Assembly: GCA_963778655.1 (NCBI GenBank)
Contig: CAVZVA010000012.1
Span: forward strand, 204,118 to 268,117
DNA: 64,000 nt
Reading direction: 5' to 3'
Source of the DNA: an uncultured delta proteobacterium
GTDB taxonomy: Bacteria > Myxococcota_A > Polyangia > Polyangiales > JAFGIB01
The notes beneath the pieces were generated by a model that was not told the origin of the DNA, did not search any database, and saw only the letters and a program-made list of their open reading frames with translations. A program made the position numbers and the translations under genes. This document shows positions 44,505 to 59,229 of this stretch, piece after piece (within the stretch, counting starts at the first letter, position 1; each line of letters starts with the position of its first letter).

Positions 44505-46298
44505 ATGCACGCAGAGATGGGCGCGCTTTCCGATAAAGCGCTCGTGCCTGCCGGCCCGCTCTCCGCCGGACACAGGCTCGGGCGTTACGAGGTGCTGGCG
44601 AAGCTCGCCTCGGGCGGGATGGCGGTGGTGTACATCGGCCGTGCCCAGGGCGCGGCCGGTTTCGAACGGCTGTTCGCGCTCAAGGTCCTACACGCGAATC
44701 TCGCTTACGAGGAAGAGTTCATCCGCATGTTCCTGGACGAGGCGCGGCTGGCGGCGCGCATTCGCCATCCCAACGTCGTACCGACGATCGACATCAACGA
44801 TTCGGTGCAGACGGGCTTCTTCCTGGTGATGGAGTACATCGAGGGCGACCACCTCGGCGCGCTGCTCTCGGCCGCGCACAAGCAGGCTGCGCAGATTCCC
44901 GTGCCGGTGGTGTTGCGCATCGTCGCCGACGCGCTGGCCGGTCTGGGCGCGGCGCACGACCTGCGCGACGACAGCGGCAAGTCGCTGCAGCTGGTGCACC
45001 GCGACGTCTCCCCGCACAACATCCTGGTCGGTCGCGACGGCGTCGCGCGCCTGACCGACTTCGGCGTGGCCAAGGCCGAGGATCGCCTGACCCATACCCG
45101 CGACGGCCAGGTCAAGGGCAAGCTGGCCTATATGGCGCCGGAGCAAGCCTCGACCGGCACCAGCGACTCGCGCTCCGACCTGTTTTCGATCGGCATCATC
45201 CTGTGGGAGTGCCTCACGCGCCGCAGGCTGTTCCGTGCGGAGAACACCGCCGCCACGCTCACCAAGCTGATGAGCGAGGAGATCGCGCCGCCCTCTGCGA
45301 TCGACCCCGCGCTGGCGCCGCTCGATCCGGTCTTGCGCAAGGCGCTCGATCGCGATCCACAACAGCGCTTCCAGACCGCCGAGGAGCTGATAGACGCGCT
45401 CGAAAGCGCAGGTCGCCGCTTCGGCGGCCTGGCCTCGCGCCGCGCCGTGGCCAAGGTGGTCAAACAGCTCGCAGCCGACAAGCTGGCGCGCGATCGCAAG
45501 CTGATCACCAGCGCCCAGCGCGCGCTGCGCGCCGGAGAGCTGCAGGCCATCGAGCCAGGCCCCGAGTCGATCCCGCAGCTCGCCGACGGCTCCGTTTCGT
45601 CGTTCTCAGCCGCCCGATCCAAGCCGAGCGGGGTGTTTGCCAATCTTACGGCGCCGGCGCTGTTCACCCGTGGCCGCTCGGCGCGGCCGGCCGCCGGGCC
45701 GAGCGTGACGCCGAGCGGACCGCAGCGGACGGCGACGCCCGCGGGCTTGCTGGCGCCCCCTCCGCTCGGAGGCGTGGCGCTCGAAGCCTTTGCCGGGCGC
45801 GGGCGAGCGCGTGCGCGCTGGCCGCTGCTGGTGCTCGGCGCGCTGTCCTTGACCCTGCTCGCGTTGTTGGCGTTGTGGCTATGGCCTACCGCATCGCCGG
45901 CGCCGCACGATACGCAGCTGCCGGAGCTGAGCGAGCCGCGACCGCCGGCCGCACCCGCACCGGTCCCACCGGCATCCGCGGTGCCGAGCAGCGCCGCGGC
46001 GCGCAGCGGCGCTGCCGTGCCTGCGCCGAGCACGCCCGTGGTCGTGCCCGCACCGCACAAGGCGGCCGCGCCCGAGCCGCGCGCAACCCAGGCCAAGCAC
46101 CCGAACGGGCACGCTGCGGCGCGCGCGACGCACGCGCACGATCGGCCCCAGCCCACCGCCCCGAGCGCCAGTGCCCAGCCGCCCAGCGCCCCAGACGAGC
46201 CCGCGGCGCCCGCCCCGGCGACGGCCCCGCCAGAGGCGAGCCCGGCGCCGGGGACGCCGAGCTCGGTTGATTTGCTGCCCAATCCCTACAAGCGGTGA
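44505..46298 (+). CDS. Ser/Thr protein kinase with TM helix and Pro-rich tail
   Basis: LASGGMA, ALK, HRDVSPHN, DFG and GKLAYMAPE. Confidence 0.95.
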   Translation: MHAEMGALSDKALVPAGPLSAGHRLGRYEVLAKLASGGMAVVYIGRAQGAAGFERLFALKVLHANLAYEEEFIRMFLDEARLAARIRHPNVVPTIDINDSVQTGFFLVMEYIEGDHLGALLSAAHKQAAQIPVPVVLRIVADALAGLGAAHDLRDDSGKSLQLVHRDVSPHNILVGRDGVARLTDFGVAKAEDRLTHTRDGQVKGKLAYMAPEQASTGTSDSRSDLFSIGIILWECLTRRRLFRAENTAATLTKLMSEEIAPPSAIDPALAPLDPVLRKALDRDPQQRFQTAEELIDALESAGRRFGGLASRRAVAKVVKQLAADKLARDRKLITSAQRALRAGELQAIEPGPESIPQLADGSVSSFSAARSKPSGVFANLTAPALFTRGRSARPAAGPSVTPSGPQRTATPAGLLAPPPLGGVALEAFAGRGRARARWPLLVLGALSLTLLALLALWLWPTASPAPHDTQLPELSEPRPPAAPAPVPPASAVPSSAAARSGAAVPAPSTPVVVPAPHKAAAPEPRATQAKHPNGHAAARATHAHDRPQPTAPSASAQPPSAPDEPAAPAPATAPPEASPAPGTPSSVDLLPNPYKR

Positions 46299-46414
46299 GC
46301 CGTTCAGCCCCAAACTCCTTGTGGTGGCGGCCTACCGCCGCGCCCAATTGTCCTTTTCGGACGCGTTTGGGACCACTATCATGAAGCGAGGAGCATGCGG
46401 GGTCGCGTTTAGTC

Positions 46415-47308
46415 ATGCAGGACGACTGGGAGGATAGGACTGTCGTCGCCACCAGCTTGGCCCCGGCCGCTCCGGTCGGTGGCAAGCGGGCGCAGCTGGT
46501 GGTCCTCGCAGGCTCCAACGTCGGCGAGATGTACAACCTGCAGGGCACCCTGTTGATTGGTCGCGGCCGCGACGCCGACATCCGCATCCAGGGCGACGGC
46601 ATTTCGCGCCAGCACGCCCGCATGAAGGTGGGCGCCGACAGCGTCGAGCTGGAGGATCTCGGCTCCACCAATGGCTCGTTCGTCAACGGCGAGCGCATCG
46701 ACCGCGCGGTGCTGCAGGACGGCGACAAGATCCAGCTCGGCACCGCGACGATTCTCAAGTTCACCTATCAGGACGACATCGACGAGGACTTCCAGAAGAA
46801 GATGTTCGAGTCGGCCTCGCGCGACGCGCTGACCGAGGTCTACAACAAGCGCTTCTTCCTTGAGCGGCTTCATAGCGAGTTCGCCTACTCGATGCGGCAC
46901 AAAGCGCTGCTCTCGCTGATCATCTTCGACATCGATCATTTCAAGCGCATCAACGACAGCTATGGCCACCTCGCGGGCGACTACGTGCTGGCCACCCTGG
47001 CCAAGACCGTCACGCCGATGATCCGCAGCGAGGACACCTTCGCGCGCTACGGCGGCGAGGAGTTCGTGATCCTGTCGCGCAGCACCGATCCACCATCGGC
47101 CGCGGTGGTCTCGGAACGGGTTCGCCAGCACGTCGAGCGCTACAAGTTCGAGTACGAGGGCCAGCGCATTCCGGTCACGGTGAGCCTGGGGCTCGCCGGC
47201 ATGCCGCACGCGGAGATCAAGTCGCCCGAAGATCTACTCGCGCGCGCGGACAAAGCCCTGTACGAGGCCAAGCACGCCGGGCGCAACCGCCTGGTCCGCG
47301 CGGATTAG
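46415..47308 (+). CDS. FHA-domain diguanylate cyclase
   Basis: FHA IGR...ISRQHA...DLGSTNGSFVNG; GGDEF DALT..YN, DIDHFKRIND.YGH..GD, RSED (RxxD I-site) and RYGGEEF. Confidence 0.95.
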   Translation: MQDDWEDRTVVATSLAPAAPVGGKRAQLVVLAGSNVGEMYNLQGTLLIGRGRDADIRIQGDGISRQHARMKVGADSVELEDLGSTNGSFVNGERIDRAVLQDGDKIQLGTATILKFTYQDDIDEDFQKKMFESASRDALTEVYNKRFFLERLHSEFAYSMRHKALLSLIIFDIDHFKRINDSYGHLAGDYVLATLAKTVTPMIRSEDTFARYGGEEFVILSRSTDPPSAAVVSERVRQHVERYKFEYEGQRIPVTVSLGLAGMPHAEIKSPEDLLARADKALYEAKHAGRNRLVRAD

Positions 47309-47311
47309 GCG

Positions 47312-49024
<1,713 letters not shown>

Positions 49025-49095
49025 GGTAGAGAGGGACGCTCGCGGTCTCGACCGGCGCTGCGTCGCTCCCGGCCGCGGGTAGTAGGAAGAGCGCC

Positions 49096-52020
<2,925 letters not shown>

Positions 52021-52087
52021 TCGCGTGGTTTGTGACGAGGTGGCTCCGCACGCCCGCGTCCGTCCTCGGGCGTGCTACACAGACGGC

Positions 52088-52576
52088 GTGAAGTGCCCGT
52101 GTGGAACAGACCTGGAGCTGTCGGCGTGCTGCGGTCCCGCGCTGTCCGGCGAGCGCCCCGCGCCGACCGCCGAGGCCCTGATGCGCTCGCGCTACTCGGC
52201 TTACGCGTTGCGCAACGTGCAGTATATCATCGACAGCTGCGACGAGAGCACACGCGAGGGAGTCGACGTGGAGGCGACGCGCGAGTGGGCCGAGCGCACA
52301 CAGTGGCTCGGCCTCGAGATCATTTCCACCAAGGACGGCCGCGAGCGGGACGAGCAGGGCGAGGTCGAGTTCATCGCGCGCTTTCGCGACGAGCGCGGTC
52401 GCGAGCACAGCCATCACGAGCGCTCGACCTTCAAGCAGCGTGACGGCTGCTGGTACTACCTCGACGGCACGCTGCAGAAGAGCCCGCCGGTCAAGCGCAG
52501 CACGGCCAAAGTGGGTCGCAACGACCTTTGCCCCTGCGGAAGCGGCAAGAAGCACAAGAAGTGCTGCGGCAAGTAG
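52088..52576 (+). CDS. ychJ: YchJ-family SEC-C motif protein
   Basis: [31 protein letters not shown] and [18 protein letters not shown]. Confidence 0.9.
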   Translation: MKCPCGTDLELSACCGPALSGERPAPTAEALMRSRYSAYALRNVQYIIDSCDESTREGVDVEATREWAERTQWLGLEIISTKDGRERDEQGEVEFIARFRDERGREHSHHERSTFKQRDGCWYYLDGTLQKSPPVKRSTAKVGRNDLCPCGSGKKHKKCCGK

Positions 52577-52615
52577 CGCAGGCACTCGCGGCGGGCTGCC
52601 CGCCGCAAGCCTCGC

Positions 52616-53401
52616 CTACTCGCCGCGCCACACCGGCGCGCGCTTCTCGGCGAACGCGCGCGAGCCCTCGGTCGCATCCTTGGAGCGGTTGGCGACGTTG
52701 GCGATCCTCGCCTGCTGGCTCCAGGCCTCCTCCTCGGGCCACTCCCCGGCCCGGGCGATGATCTGCTTGGTCGCGGCCACCGCGAGCGGCCCGTTGGCCG
52801 CGATCGTCTTGGCCAGCTCCAGCGCGGCCGAAAGTGCCTGGCCTTTGGGCACGACCTTGGTCACCAGCCCCAGCTGTGCGAAGCGCGCGGCCGGGTGGGT
52901 CTCGCCGGTGAGCGCGAGCTCCATCACCACGTGATAGGGGATGCGTTTGGGCAAGCGGAACAGCGCGCCGCCCACCGCCACCAGCCCGCGCTTGACCTCG
53001 GGCAGGCCGAGCTTGGAATCCTCGGCGGCCACGATCAGATCGCAGCACAGCGCCAGCTCGAGCCCGCCGGCCACGGCGTAGCCCTCCACCGCTGCGATCA
53101 GCGGTTTGTTCGGCGGCCTGCGCATGATGCCGAAGCCGCCCCGCTCCTTGGTGAAGGACTGCTCGCCCTTGAGCAGCGCCTTCAGATCCATGCCGGCCGA
53201 AAAGCTGCCGCCGGCGCCGGTCAGGATGCCCAGGCGCAGCTCGGGATCGGAATCCAGGCGATCGAGCGCGTCCGACAGCGCACGGCTGAGGGCTTCGTCA
53301 AAGGCGTTCTTCACATGCGGGCGGTTGAGCGTGAGGGTCAGCACGTGATCGCGCACCTCACTCAACAATACCTCGGTCGCTTCCTTACGGGTCTCGCTCA
53401 T
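52616..53401 (-). CDS. enoyl-CoA hydratase (crotonase family)
   Basis: FSAGMDLK, AVAGGLELAL and LPEVKRGL (both catalytic Glu present). Confidence 0.92.
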   Translation of the reverse strand: MSETRKEATEVLLSEVRDHVLTLTLNRPHVKNAFDEALSRALSDALDRLDSDPELRLGILTGAGGSFSAGMDLKALLKGEQSFTKERGGFGIMRRPPNKPLIAAVEGYAVAGGLELALCCDLIVAAEDSKLGLPEVKRGLVAVGGALFRLPKRIPYHVVMELALTGETHPAARFAQLGLVTKVVPKGQALSAALELAKTIAANGPLAVAATKQIIARAGEWPEEEAWSQQARIANVANRSKDATEGSRAFAEKRAPVWRGE

Positions 53402-53412
53402 GGCCGACTCCC

Positions 53413-54219
53413 TCACGGCATCGCGAAGCCGCCGCTCAGGCCGAGCACCTGGCCGGTGATGTACTGCGCGCGGTCCGAGGCGAGAAACGCGATCGCGTTG
53501 GCGACGTCGCCCGCGCGCGACAGCCGCTGCAGCCCGCGGCCCATCGGATAGGACTTGAACAGCGCGCTCATGCGCTCCCGGGACTTCTCGTCGAGCTGCT
53601 CGAAGTCGATCTCCTTGGCGTCCACGGCGCCGAGCGCGACCACGTTGACGTTGATGCAGTGCTTGCCGACCTCGCGCGCGAGCGCCTTGGAAAAGCCGAG
53701 CATCCCGGCTTTGGCCCCCGAGTACGCCGCGAGCTTGGCCTCGCCGACCCGGCCGGCCTCGGACATGACGCTGATGATCTTACCGTGCCGGCGCTCGATC
53801 ATGCTGCCCAGCACCGAGTGGGTGCAGTTCATCGTGCCGGTCATGTTCAGGTCGATCATCTTGGCCCAGCTCGACGGATCGGACTTGTAGAAGTCCTCCC
53901 AGCCGCCCTTGACCTCCTCGTTGGGGTCGCGCGCCGGGATGCCCGCGTTGTTGACCAGGATGTCGACCGGTCCGAAGCTCTCGACTGCCTTGGCCACCAT
54001 CGCGCGCACCTGCGCCAGCACCGTGATGTCGGCCTGCACCGGCAGCGCCTGCCCGCCGGCCTCGCGGATCTCCTGCGCCACGCGTTCAGCGCGGCGTTCG
54101 TGGTAGTCGTTGACCACCACCTTGCAGCCCTCTTCGGCCAGACGCAGGCACACGCCGCGGCCCACGCCGCGCCCGCCGCCCGTGACCAGCGCCACCTTGT
54201 TCTCGAGCTCCAGATCCAT
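53413..54219 (-). CDS. SDR-family oxidoreductase (3-hydroxyacyl-CoA dehydrogenase/BadH-like)
   Basis: ATG after AGGAGG. TGGGRGVG, NNAG, SEAG and YSGAK. Confidence 0.92.
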   Translation of the reverse strand: MDLELENKVALVTGGGRGVGRGVCLRLAEEGCKVVVNDYHERRAERVAQEIREAGGQALPVQADITVLAQVRAMVAKAVESFGPVDILVNNAGIPARDPNEEVKGGWEDFYKSDPSSWAKMIDLNMTGTMNCTHSVLGSMIERRHGKIISVMSEAGRVGEAKLAAYSGAKAGMLGFSKALAREVGKHCINVNVVALGAVDAKEIDFEQLDEKSRERMSALFKSYPMGRGLQRLSRAGDVANAIAFLASDRAQYITGQVLGLSGGFAMP

Positions 54220-54242
54220 CGTCGTCCTCCTGTTGGGCTGCC

Positions 54243-55847
54243 TCAGATCGCCTTGCCGGTGCTCCGCCAGTACGGGGCCCGCATCTGCGCCTTGAGCGCC
54301 TTGCCCGCGGCGTTGCGCGGGATCTCGCTCACGAAGTCGATCGAGCGCGGGCGCTTGTAGCCGGCGAGCTTGTCTTGCGTGAACGCCAGCAGCTCGGCCT
54401 CGCTCAGGGCCGGGTGGCTTTGCTTGCGCTCGACCACGGCCTTGACCTCCTCGCCCCACTCGGGGTGCGGGATGCCGAACGCCGCGACGTCGAGCACGCC
54501 CGGGTGCTTGCGCAGCACGTCCTCGATCTCGGCCGGATAGATGTTCACCCCGCCGGCGATGATCATGTCCTTCTTGCGATCGAGGATGAACAGGAAGCCG
54601 TCCTGGTCGAAGCGCCCCACGTCTCCGGTGGCGAAGTAGCCGTCGGCCAGCTCTTCGGGCGCGCCGCTGTTGAGGTAGCGATCGATCATCACGGGCGTCT
54701 TGACGTGAATCTCCCCGACCTGGCCCGGCGGCACGGGCTTGCCGTCGGCGCCGACCAGCCGTACCGACACGCCCTCGAGCAGGCGCCCGCACGAGCCGGG
54801 CTTGCGCAGGTGATCCTGCGGCAGCATGCGCGTGACCAACCCGACCTCGGTCGAGCCGTAGCTCTCGTGCAAGCAGTGGTCGCCGAAGTACGCGATCACC
54901 TTCTCCTTGACCGACTGCGGGCAGGGCGAGGCCCCGGTGGAGATGGTGCGGATCGAGGACACGTCGTACTTGGCCAGCACCTCCTTTGGCAGGTTGACGA
55001 TGCGGTTGAGCATCGTCGGCACCAGGAAGGTGCTGGTGATCTTCTCGCGGTCGATCACGCGCAGCGCCTCTTCGGCGTCGAAGCGCGGCATGATGAACAC
55101 CGTGCCGCCGAATGCCAGCGTGAAGCGCGCGCTGGCTTGCCCCGCTGCGTGGTTGAGCGGAGCGCCCAGCAAGTTGCGCTCGCTGCCGGGCGCGGGCCGT
55201 GACGGCGCGGAGGCGCGCTCCGGCTTGGCCGCGGCCTGCGGCTGGGCGTCGCTCTTCTGCGCGCGCGCCTGCACCACGCCGCGCGGCCGCCCGGTGGTGC
55301 CGGAGGTGTACACGATCGAGCGCGGCGAGATCGGCGCGACCCGTTCGACCAGCGGTCCCTGCGCGGCGACCTCGGCGAACGAGAGCACGTCGCCTCGCGT
55401 GCTGCGCGCCACGCTCAGCACGACTCGCACGGCGGACGCCGCATCGCTGGGCGGCTGGTTGGTCCACACCCGCGCCATGCCCTCCACGTCCTCGGCGTCG
55501 AACACGAACGCGCGCGCCTGGCAGTCGGCGACGATGTAGTGGATCTCGGGCGGGGTCAGCCGGTACGACACCGGCACCAGGGACGCCCCGAGCTTGGCGA
55601 TGGCGGCCTGGCTCACGAACCACTCGATGCGGTTCTGGGTGCACACCGCCACCCGATCGCCCGGGCCCACCTCGCCCCGTTCGCTCAGCACCTGGGCCAC
55701 GCGGTTGGCCTGGTCGTTCCATTCGCCGAAGCTGAGCGAGCGGCCGCCTTGGCACAGCGCGCGCAGCCCCGGCGCCTGCAGCGCCCAGAGCTCGACGCTG
55801 CCGGGTTTCGGTGTGGGGTTGTGCGCGCTCGACTCGGGCGGGCTCAC
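54243..55847 (-). CDS. acyl-CoA synthetase (AMP-binding)
   Basis: YTSGTTGRPRG, YGSTE, TGD, DRKKDMIIAGG.NIYPAEIE and PRNAAGK. Confidence 0.93.
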   Translation of the reverse strand: MSPPESSAHNPTPKPGSVELWALQAPGLRALCQGGRSLSFGEWNDQANRVAQVLSERGEVGPGDRVAVCTQNRIEWFVSQAAIAKLGASLVPVSYRLTPPEIHYIVADCQARAFVFDAEDVEGMARVWTNQPPSDAASAVRVVLSVARSTRGDVLSFAEVAAQGPLVERVAPISPRSIVYTSGTTGRPRGVVQARAQKSDAQPQAAAKPERASAPSRPAPGSERNLLGAPLNHAAGQASARFTLAFGGTVFIMPRFDAEEALRVIDREKITSTFLVPTMLNRIVNLPKEVLAKYDVSSIRTISTGASPCPQSVKEKVIAYFGDHCLHESYGSTEVGLVTRMLPQDHLRKPGSCGRLLEGVSVRLVGADGKPVPPGQVGEIHVKTPVMIDRYLNSGAPEELADGYFATGDVGRFDQDGFLFILDRKKDMIIAGGVNIYPAEIEDVLRKHPGVLDVAAFGIPHPEWGEEVKAVVERKQSHPALSEAELLAFTQDKLAGYKRPRSIDFVSEIPRNAAGKALKAQMRAPYWRSTGKAI

Positions 55848-56506
55848 GGCGAAAGCGTCCTGCGCAGGTTACGCTTGAGCTCCTCGTAAGTGGCCTGCAG
55901 CGGGAAGCTCCCCGGCTCCAGCAGCCACTGGAACGCCAGCCCGCGCAGCGTGCCGAGCAGCTGGGCCGCCTGCGCGGCCGGCACGATATCGGCGCGGACC
56001 GTGCCCGCGGCCACGCCGGCTTGGAGCATCTGCTCGATCTGCTCGCGAAAGCGCCGGTGCAGCCCGCGGAACTCGCTGAGCAACTCCGGCGTCGGACCCA
56101 GAGCCTCGAACATCAGCGCATAGAACGGGCGCAGGCCTTCGCCGTGCTCGACGGCGTGGCGATGGTTGTCGATCATGTCGCAGAGCGCGTCGAGGCCCAC
56201 GTGCGACCGTCCCCTGCGTGCCTGGCCCTCCTGGTTCCACACCCGCAGCACGTGCTTGACCGCGGCCCACAAAAGGCCGCTCTTGGAGCCGAAGCGCTCG
56301 TGGGCGAGCCCGCGGCTGTAGCCGGCTTCCTCGCCGATTGCGGCCAGGGAGGTGCCCCGGTAGCCGCGCTCGCCGATCAGCCGCAGCGCGGCCGTGATCA
56401 GGCGCCGGTCCGACTCGGCGCTGCGCTCCGGTTGGGTGCGCCGGCGCGGCTTTGCCGCGGCCTTGCCCTGGAGCGTAGGGACTTTTTCCGAGGTGTCGGC
56501 CACCAT
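55844..56506 (-). CDS. TetR-family regulator
   Basis: RRTQPER...GYRGTSLAAIGEEAGYSRGLAHERFGSK; GTGA overlap with the ligase gene. Confidence 0.9.
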   Translation of the reverse strand: MVADTSEKVPTLQGKAAAKPRRRTQPERSAESDRRLITAALRLIGERGYRGTSLAAIGEEAGYSRGLAHERFGSKSGLLWAAVKHVLRVWNQEGQARRGRSHVGLDALCDMIDNHRHAVEHGEGLRPFYALMFEALGPTPELLSEFRGLHRRFREQIEQMLQAGVAAGTVRADIVPAAQAAQLLGTLRGLAFQWLLEPGSFPLQATYEELKRNLRRTLSP

Positions 56507-56523
56507 GCAGCGTTTCCATAACA

Positions 56524-56557
56524 ACTTGTTGAACGTTTGACAAGTAAGTACTAGCCT
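56524..56557 (+). promoter_or_regulatory. TetR-type operator overlapping a sigma70-like promoter of the ALDH operon
   Basis: Imperfect palindrome ACTTGTTGAAC-GTTTGACAAGT (56524-56545); TTGAAC-N17-TAGCCT. Confidence 0.65.
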
Positions 56558-56584
56558 GGCCGGACTCAATCGGGAGGGTCGAGC

Positions 56585-57991
56585 ATGACCAGCTACACGA
56601 TGACGATCGATGGGGCGCAGCACAGCGCGCCGAGCACCTACGGCGTGATCAATCCGGCCACCGAGGAGGTGTTCGCGCAGGCGCCCGCGTGCAGCCGCGA
56701 GCAGCTCGAGGCTGCGGTCGCCGCGGCCAAGCGCGCCTTCGGCGCATGGAAGCGCGACGAGCCTGCGCGCCGCAGCGCGTTGCGCGCCGCGGCCGAGCTG
56801 CTCAAGCAGAAGGCGCAGGAGATCGGCGTGACTCTGACCAAAGAGCAGGGCAAGCCGCTGGCGCAAGCGGTCGGCGAGGTGATGGGCGCGGCCTCCTCGC
56901 TCAAGGCGACCGCCGAGATGCCACTGCCGCACGAGGTCACGCGGGACGACGCCAAGGGGCGGATCGAGGTGCAGTACCGCCCCTACGGCGTGGTGGCGGC
57001 GATCACCCCCTGGAACTTCCCGGTCATGATCGCGATGTCGAAGATCGGCAGCGGCTTGCTCGCCGGCAACACGATGGTGCTCAAGCCGTCGCCCTACACC
57101 CCGCTCTCTACGCTGCAGCTCGGCGAGGTGATCAGCAAGGCGCTGCCGCCCGGCGTGCTCAACGTGATCAGTGGCGACAACGACATCGGCGCGCTGCTCA
57201 CCGCGCACCCGGACGTGCGCAAGATCTCGTTCACCGGCTCGGTGGCGACCGGCAAGAAGATCGCCGGGGCGGCCGCGCCTGACCTCAAACGGATGACGCT
57301 GGAGCTCGGCGGCAACGACCCGGCGATCGTGCTCGACGACGTGGATCCGGCGCAGATCGCGCCCGGGCTGTTCTGGTCGGCGTTCATGAACTGCGGCCAG
57401 GTGTGCCTGGCGGTCAAGCGCATCTACGCTCCCGAGGCGCTGCTGCCCGCCCTGGTCGAAGGCATCGCCAAGCTGGCGCGCGAGGTCAAGCTGGGCGATG
57501 GCATGCAACCCGAGACCCAGCTCGGCCCGATCAACAACGCCATGCAGCTCGAGCGCGTCAGCACGCTGGTCGCCGATGCCAAGCAGAAGGGCGCCAAGGT
57601 CCACGCCGGCGGCGAGCGCCTGCCGCGCAAGGGCTACTTCTTCGCGCCCACCATCCTCACCGGCGTCGGCGACGACGTCGCGATCGTGGCCGAGGAGCAG
57701 TTCGGCCCGGCGCTGCCCATCCTGGCATACAGCTCGCTCGAGGACGCCGTCGAGCGCGCCAATGCCACCCACTTCGGGCTCGGCGCCTCGGTGTGGTCGA
57801 GCAAGCGCGAGCGCGCGCTGGAGGTGGCGGGCGAGATCGACGCCGGCACGGTGTGGATCAACCAGCACATGGCCCTGACCCACCAGGCGCCCTTCACCGG
57901 CGCCAAGCACTCGGGCATCGGCGACGCCAGCGGGCGCTGGGGCCTGGAATCATTCCTGCAAAAGCACGTGGTCAACGAGCGGCGGTCCTGA
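56585..57991 (+). CDS. aldehyde dehydrogenase
   Basis: ITPWNFP, LKPSP, FTGS, LELGGND, NCGQVC and EEQFGP. Confidence 0.96.
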   Translation: MTSYTMTIDGAQHSAPSTYGVINPATEEVFAQAPACSREQLEAAVAAAKRAFGAWKRDEPARRSALRAAAELLKQKAQEIGVTLTKEQGKPLAQAVGEVMGAASSLKATAEMPLPHEVTRDDAKGRIEVQYRPYGVVAAITPWNFPVMIAMSKIGSGLLAGNTMVLKPSPYTPLSTLQLGEVISKALPPGVLNVISGDNDIGALLTAHPDVRKISFTGSVATGKKIAGAAAPDLKRMTLELGGNDPAIVLDDVDPAQIAPGLFWSAFMNCGQVCLAVKRIYAPEALLPALVEGIAKLAREVKLGDGMQPETQLGPINNAMQLERVSTLVADAKQKGAKVHAGGERLPRKGYFFAPTILTGVGDDVAIVAEEQFGPALPILAYSSLEDAVERANATHFGLGASVWSSKRERALEVAGEIDAGTVWINQHMALTHQAPFTGAKHSGIGDASGRWGLESFLQKHVVNERRS

Positions 57992-58028
57992 ACGCGGGAC
58001 TGGCCGGCGAACCAGCCAGGAGAAGAGC

Positions 58029-59183
58029 ATGCGAAGAGTCGCGGTGATCGGAGTCGGGCTGCATCCATACGGCAAGTGGCACGACAAGAAGCCCAAACAG
58101 CTCGCGCAGACCGCGATCGAGGGCGCGCTCAAGAGCGCGGGGCTCGCCTGGACCGACCTGCAGAGCGCGTGGTGCGGTCACACCAGCCTGGGGATGACGG
58201 CGGGGGCGCGCCTGTTCGCGCCGCTGGGGCAGACCGGCCTCTCGATCACCAACGTCGAGAACGCGTCGGCCACGGGCTCGTACGCGTTCCGCGGCGCGTA
58301 CCTCGAGGTCGCCAACGGCGAATTCGATCTCGCGCTGGCGCTCGGCATCGACATGATGCCGCGCCGCCCGGAGGCGCCGAAGTCCGAAGCGCCGAAGTCG
58401 GAACCCACGCCCGTCGCGTCGAAGTCCGACGCACCCAAGCAGAGCAAGCCCAAGCCGCCGACCGGGCCGATGCTCAAGTTCGCGCAGGATGCGCGCGCGC
58501 ACATGGAGAAATACGGCACCACCGTGGACCAGCTGGCGCAGGTCAGCGTCAAGCAGCACTACAACGCGGCGCGCAATCCCAACGCGCAATACCAGGAAGA
58601 GGTCAGCCTGGCGCAGGTGCACGCGGCGCGCGAGGTGGCGGCCCCGCTGACTGTGCTGCACTGCTGCCCGTTCGGCGATGGTGCCGCGGCGGCGGTGGTG
58701 GCGAGCGAAGGCGCGGTCGAGCGTCTGGGCATCAAAGACCCGGTGTGGGTGGCCGCGTCGGTCTCGCGCAGCACCGTGGCCGGTGAGGAGCTGACCGACC
58801 TCACCGCTGCCACCGCGAAGCTCGCCTACGAGCGCGCGGGCATCGGTCCGAGCGAGCTCGGCATGGTGGAGCTGCACGACGCGGCCACGATCGAGGAGAT
58901 CCAGTACGCCGAGAGCCTGGGCCTGTGCGGCGAAGGGCAGGGCGGCAAGCTGGTCGAGCAGGGCGCGACCGCGCTCACCGGGCGCATCCCGATCAACAGC
59001 AGCGGCGGCCTGCTCGGCATGGGGCATCCCTTCGGGCCGACCGGGCTGGGGCAGATCGCGGAGATCTTCTGGCAGCTGCGCGGCGAGGCGGGCAGGCGCC
59101 AGATCCCCGCGCTGCCCAGCACCGGTCTGGCGCACATGGTCGGTCTCGGCGGAACCTGCATCGTGCACATCTTCAAGCGCTGA
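58029..59183 (+). CDS. thiolase-superfamily protein (SCP2/Ltp2 type) lacking the nucleophilic Cys
   Basis: NVENASATGS where the family has NAC, CCP..DGAAA, ELHDA and INSSGGLL..GHP..PTG. Confidence 0.88.
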   Translation: MRRVAVIGVGLHPYGKWHDKKPKQLAQTAIEGALKSAGLAWTDLQSAWCGHTSLGMTAGARLFAPLGQTGLSITNVENASATGSYAFRGAYLEVANGEFDLALALGIDMMPRRPEAPKSEAPKSEPTPVASKSDAPKQSKPKPPTGPMLKFAQDARAHMEKYGTTVDQLAQVSVKQHYNAARNPNAQYQEEVSLAQVHAAREVAAPLTVLHCCPFGDGAAAAVVASEGAVERLGIKDPVWVAASVSRSTVAGEELTDLTAATAKLAYERAGIGPSELGMVELHDAATIEEIQYAESLGLCGEGQGGKLVEQGATALTGRIPINSSGGLLGMGHPFGPTGLGQIAEIFWQLRGEAGRRQIPALPSTGLAHMVGLGGTCIVHIFKR

Positions 59184-59229
59184 GCAAGAGGCCGGCCCGC
59201 TGCACGGACAACGCGGAAGGACGTCCGGT

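Noticed and set aside
53413..57910. 780-aa and 688-aa ORFs as large fusions
   Set aside because: Their upstream parts overlap the CoA ligase (other frame) and the ALDH (antisense); the real SDR and TetR start at 54219 and 56506.
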